Part shown: positions 63,211 to 64,000 of the stretch, in pieces
Numbering within the stretch: position 1 is the stretch's first letter
Layout of the letters: each line of letters opens with the position of its first letter
Assembly: GCF_003704095.1 (NCBI RefSeq)
Contig: NW_020846904.1
Location: 62,001-126,000, forward strand
Direction of reading: 5' to 3'
Origin: Pocillopora damicornis
Taxonomy: Eukaryota
DNA: 64,000 nt
Made by a program: the position numbers and the translations under genes
Notes under the pieces: generated by a model
What the model saw: the letters and a program-made list of their open reading frames with translations, nothing else
What the model was told of the DNA's origin: nothing
Database searches by the model: none

Positions 63211-64000
63211 AGAAAAGAAACAGGTTAATTATTTGACATTCAAAACATACTCACTAGAAGTTCCCTTGTATAACCTGAATCCACAACCTAGATTGAAAAT
63301 AAGAGAAAGTGCAGTCAACTATTAATCCTTTACACCCTAACATCAGTATGCAAATTCTCCATACTGTTCCTTATGCATTTCCTAAGGCACTGTTAAGGAG
63401 AATTTGTTTAATAGTCAAGAACTTCTTTAGTTGCTGATCATGTCCTTTATTCTCATGACCTTAATGTTTGATTCGGGGGTGATATTGTGAGGAGATATTA
63501 AATGCTAGTCACTTTTAGGAGCCAAAAGGTTAAGGCAACACTCTGGATCAAAAAAAATAAAGACTAACCAGAGGATTACCAGACCACTGAAAGATACTTT
63601 ACATTATATGTGAAGTAATCATTCTCAATGATTTGAAAATAGTATATATGTGAAATTGTGCCACCTTGTCATAAGAGATGTTCACTGGAACAATGTTCAC
63701 ATCTGGCACTACACCTGATAGAGAAAAATATCAAGAGAGCTTATACAAGTTCAAAAATAAAGCCAGATGCTTATAACCTTGGTCATACATGTATACTTCT
63801 GATATAGTGCATAGCTTGTTACAATGATATAAATGGAACTAATTCATTCTTGACAGTTTACAGCATCTTAAGTATTAAAAATGCTTATGTTGCAGTTTGA
63901 TTCAGAGTAGTAAATTATAACGTGGATTTCAACTAGTCAAGGTAAATCAAATTGCCATACCTTCTGTGACTGAATTAACGACCAGAGAGAGAAGACCAGA
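57088..64000 (-). CDS. GPAM: Glycerol-3-phosphate acyltransferase, GPAM/GPAT1-type, 5'-partial
   Basis: Motifs SGLLSLVV...PDVNIVPVNISYDK, GEVKRPESFW...YGNVRLDFGQPFSLQE, AVMSTNMVAFLL, RDVGFSG, LAFYSNQ, FLKSVVAPLIESY and ESCSLEPFRNAVRIF. Exons: 63961->64000, 63665-63714, 63255-63287, 62581-62694, 62022-62211, 61323-61393, 61159-61226, 60653-60830, 60319-60352, 60137-60222, 59604-59663, 59085-59165, 58903-58995, 58160-58283, 57852-57920, 57088-57251. Confidence 0.9.
57424..57632. mobile_element. piggyBac-type MITE copy
   Basis: Family internal sequence, ends TTAAAGGGTTAA. Confidence 0.75.
59235..59281. repeat. (TAT)n microsatellite
   Basis: Direct reading. Confidence 0.95.
61511..61610. repeat. 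Tandem duplication, 2 x 50 bp
   Basis: TTGAGATACCCTGTTCTAGTGAA(C/T)T(T/C)CAGCTGGTCTTGAAACATAGTTTA occurs twice with 2 mismatches. Confidence 0.95.
61708..61772. repeat. C-rich minisatellite, ~3 x 19 bp (G4-prone on the minus strand)
   Basis: CCCTCCCCTACCCCTCCAC repeated. Confidence 0.85.
63050..63149. mobile_element. Short TIR element
   Basis: ATAGGCCATTTTCAATATATTAGAATTC / GAATTTTAATATATAACGAAATGGCTTAT imperfect inverted termini. Confidence 0.6.
63180..63209. repeat. Poly-G tract (~30 nt)
   Basis: Direct reading. Confidence 0.95.
63322..63533. mobile_element. piggyBac-type MITE copy
   Basis: TTAATCCTTTACACCCTAACATCAG...AAAAGGTTAA. Confidence 0.8.

Noticed and set aside
637-64000. Minor (U12) or non-canonical introns
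   Set aside because: All reconstructed junctions are GT-AG and none shows the RTATCCTT U12 donor.

Overview
Eukaryotic, intron-rich animal genomic DNA. The repeat landscape and gene set suggest a scleractinian coral or other anthozoan (inference). Seven protein-coding genes were reconstructed exon by exon with GT-AG junctions and consistent reading phases. They are a KDM3/JMJD1-family histone demethylase (minus strand, 3' end runs off the window start), SIL1 (minus), a REEP1-4 family gene (plus), NCAPG (minus), POMK (plus, head-to-head with NCAPG), an unusual complexin (minus) and a GPAM-type glycerol-3-phosphate acyltransferase (minus, 5' end outside the window). Introns carry about 12 copies of a ~200-bp TTAA/CCCTTT piggyBac-type MITE, other MITE and SINE fragments, a decayed Penelope-like RT and degenerate hammerhead-ribozyme repeats. 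The most notable points are: a complexin whose usual CAAX/amphipathic tail is replaced by a 7-Cys string; KDM3-SIL1-REEP linkage mirroring vertebrate KDM3/REEP pairs; a UPRE/CCACG cluster upstream of SIL1; a 163-bp NCAPG/POMK bidirectional promoter; a frameshifted cassette exon in KDM3; and a sharp CpG boundary inside KDM3. No prokaryotic-type system (CRISPR, operon) is present.
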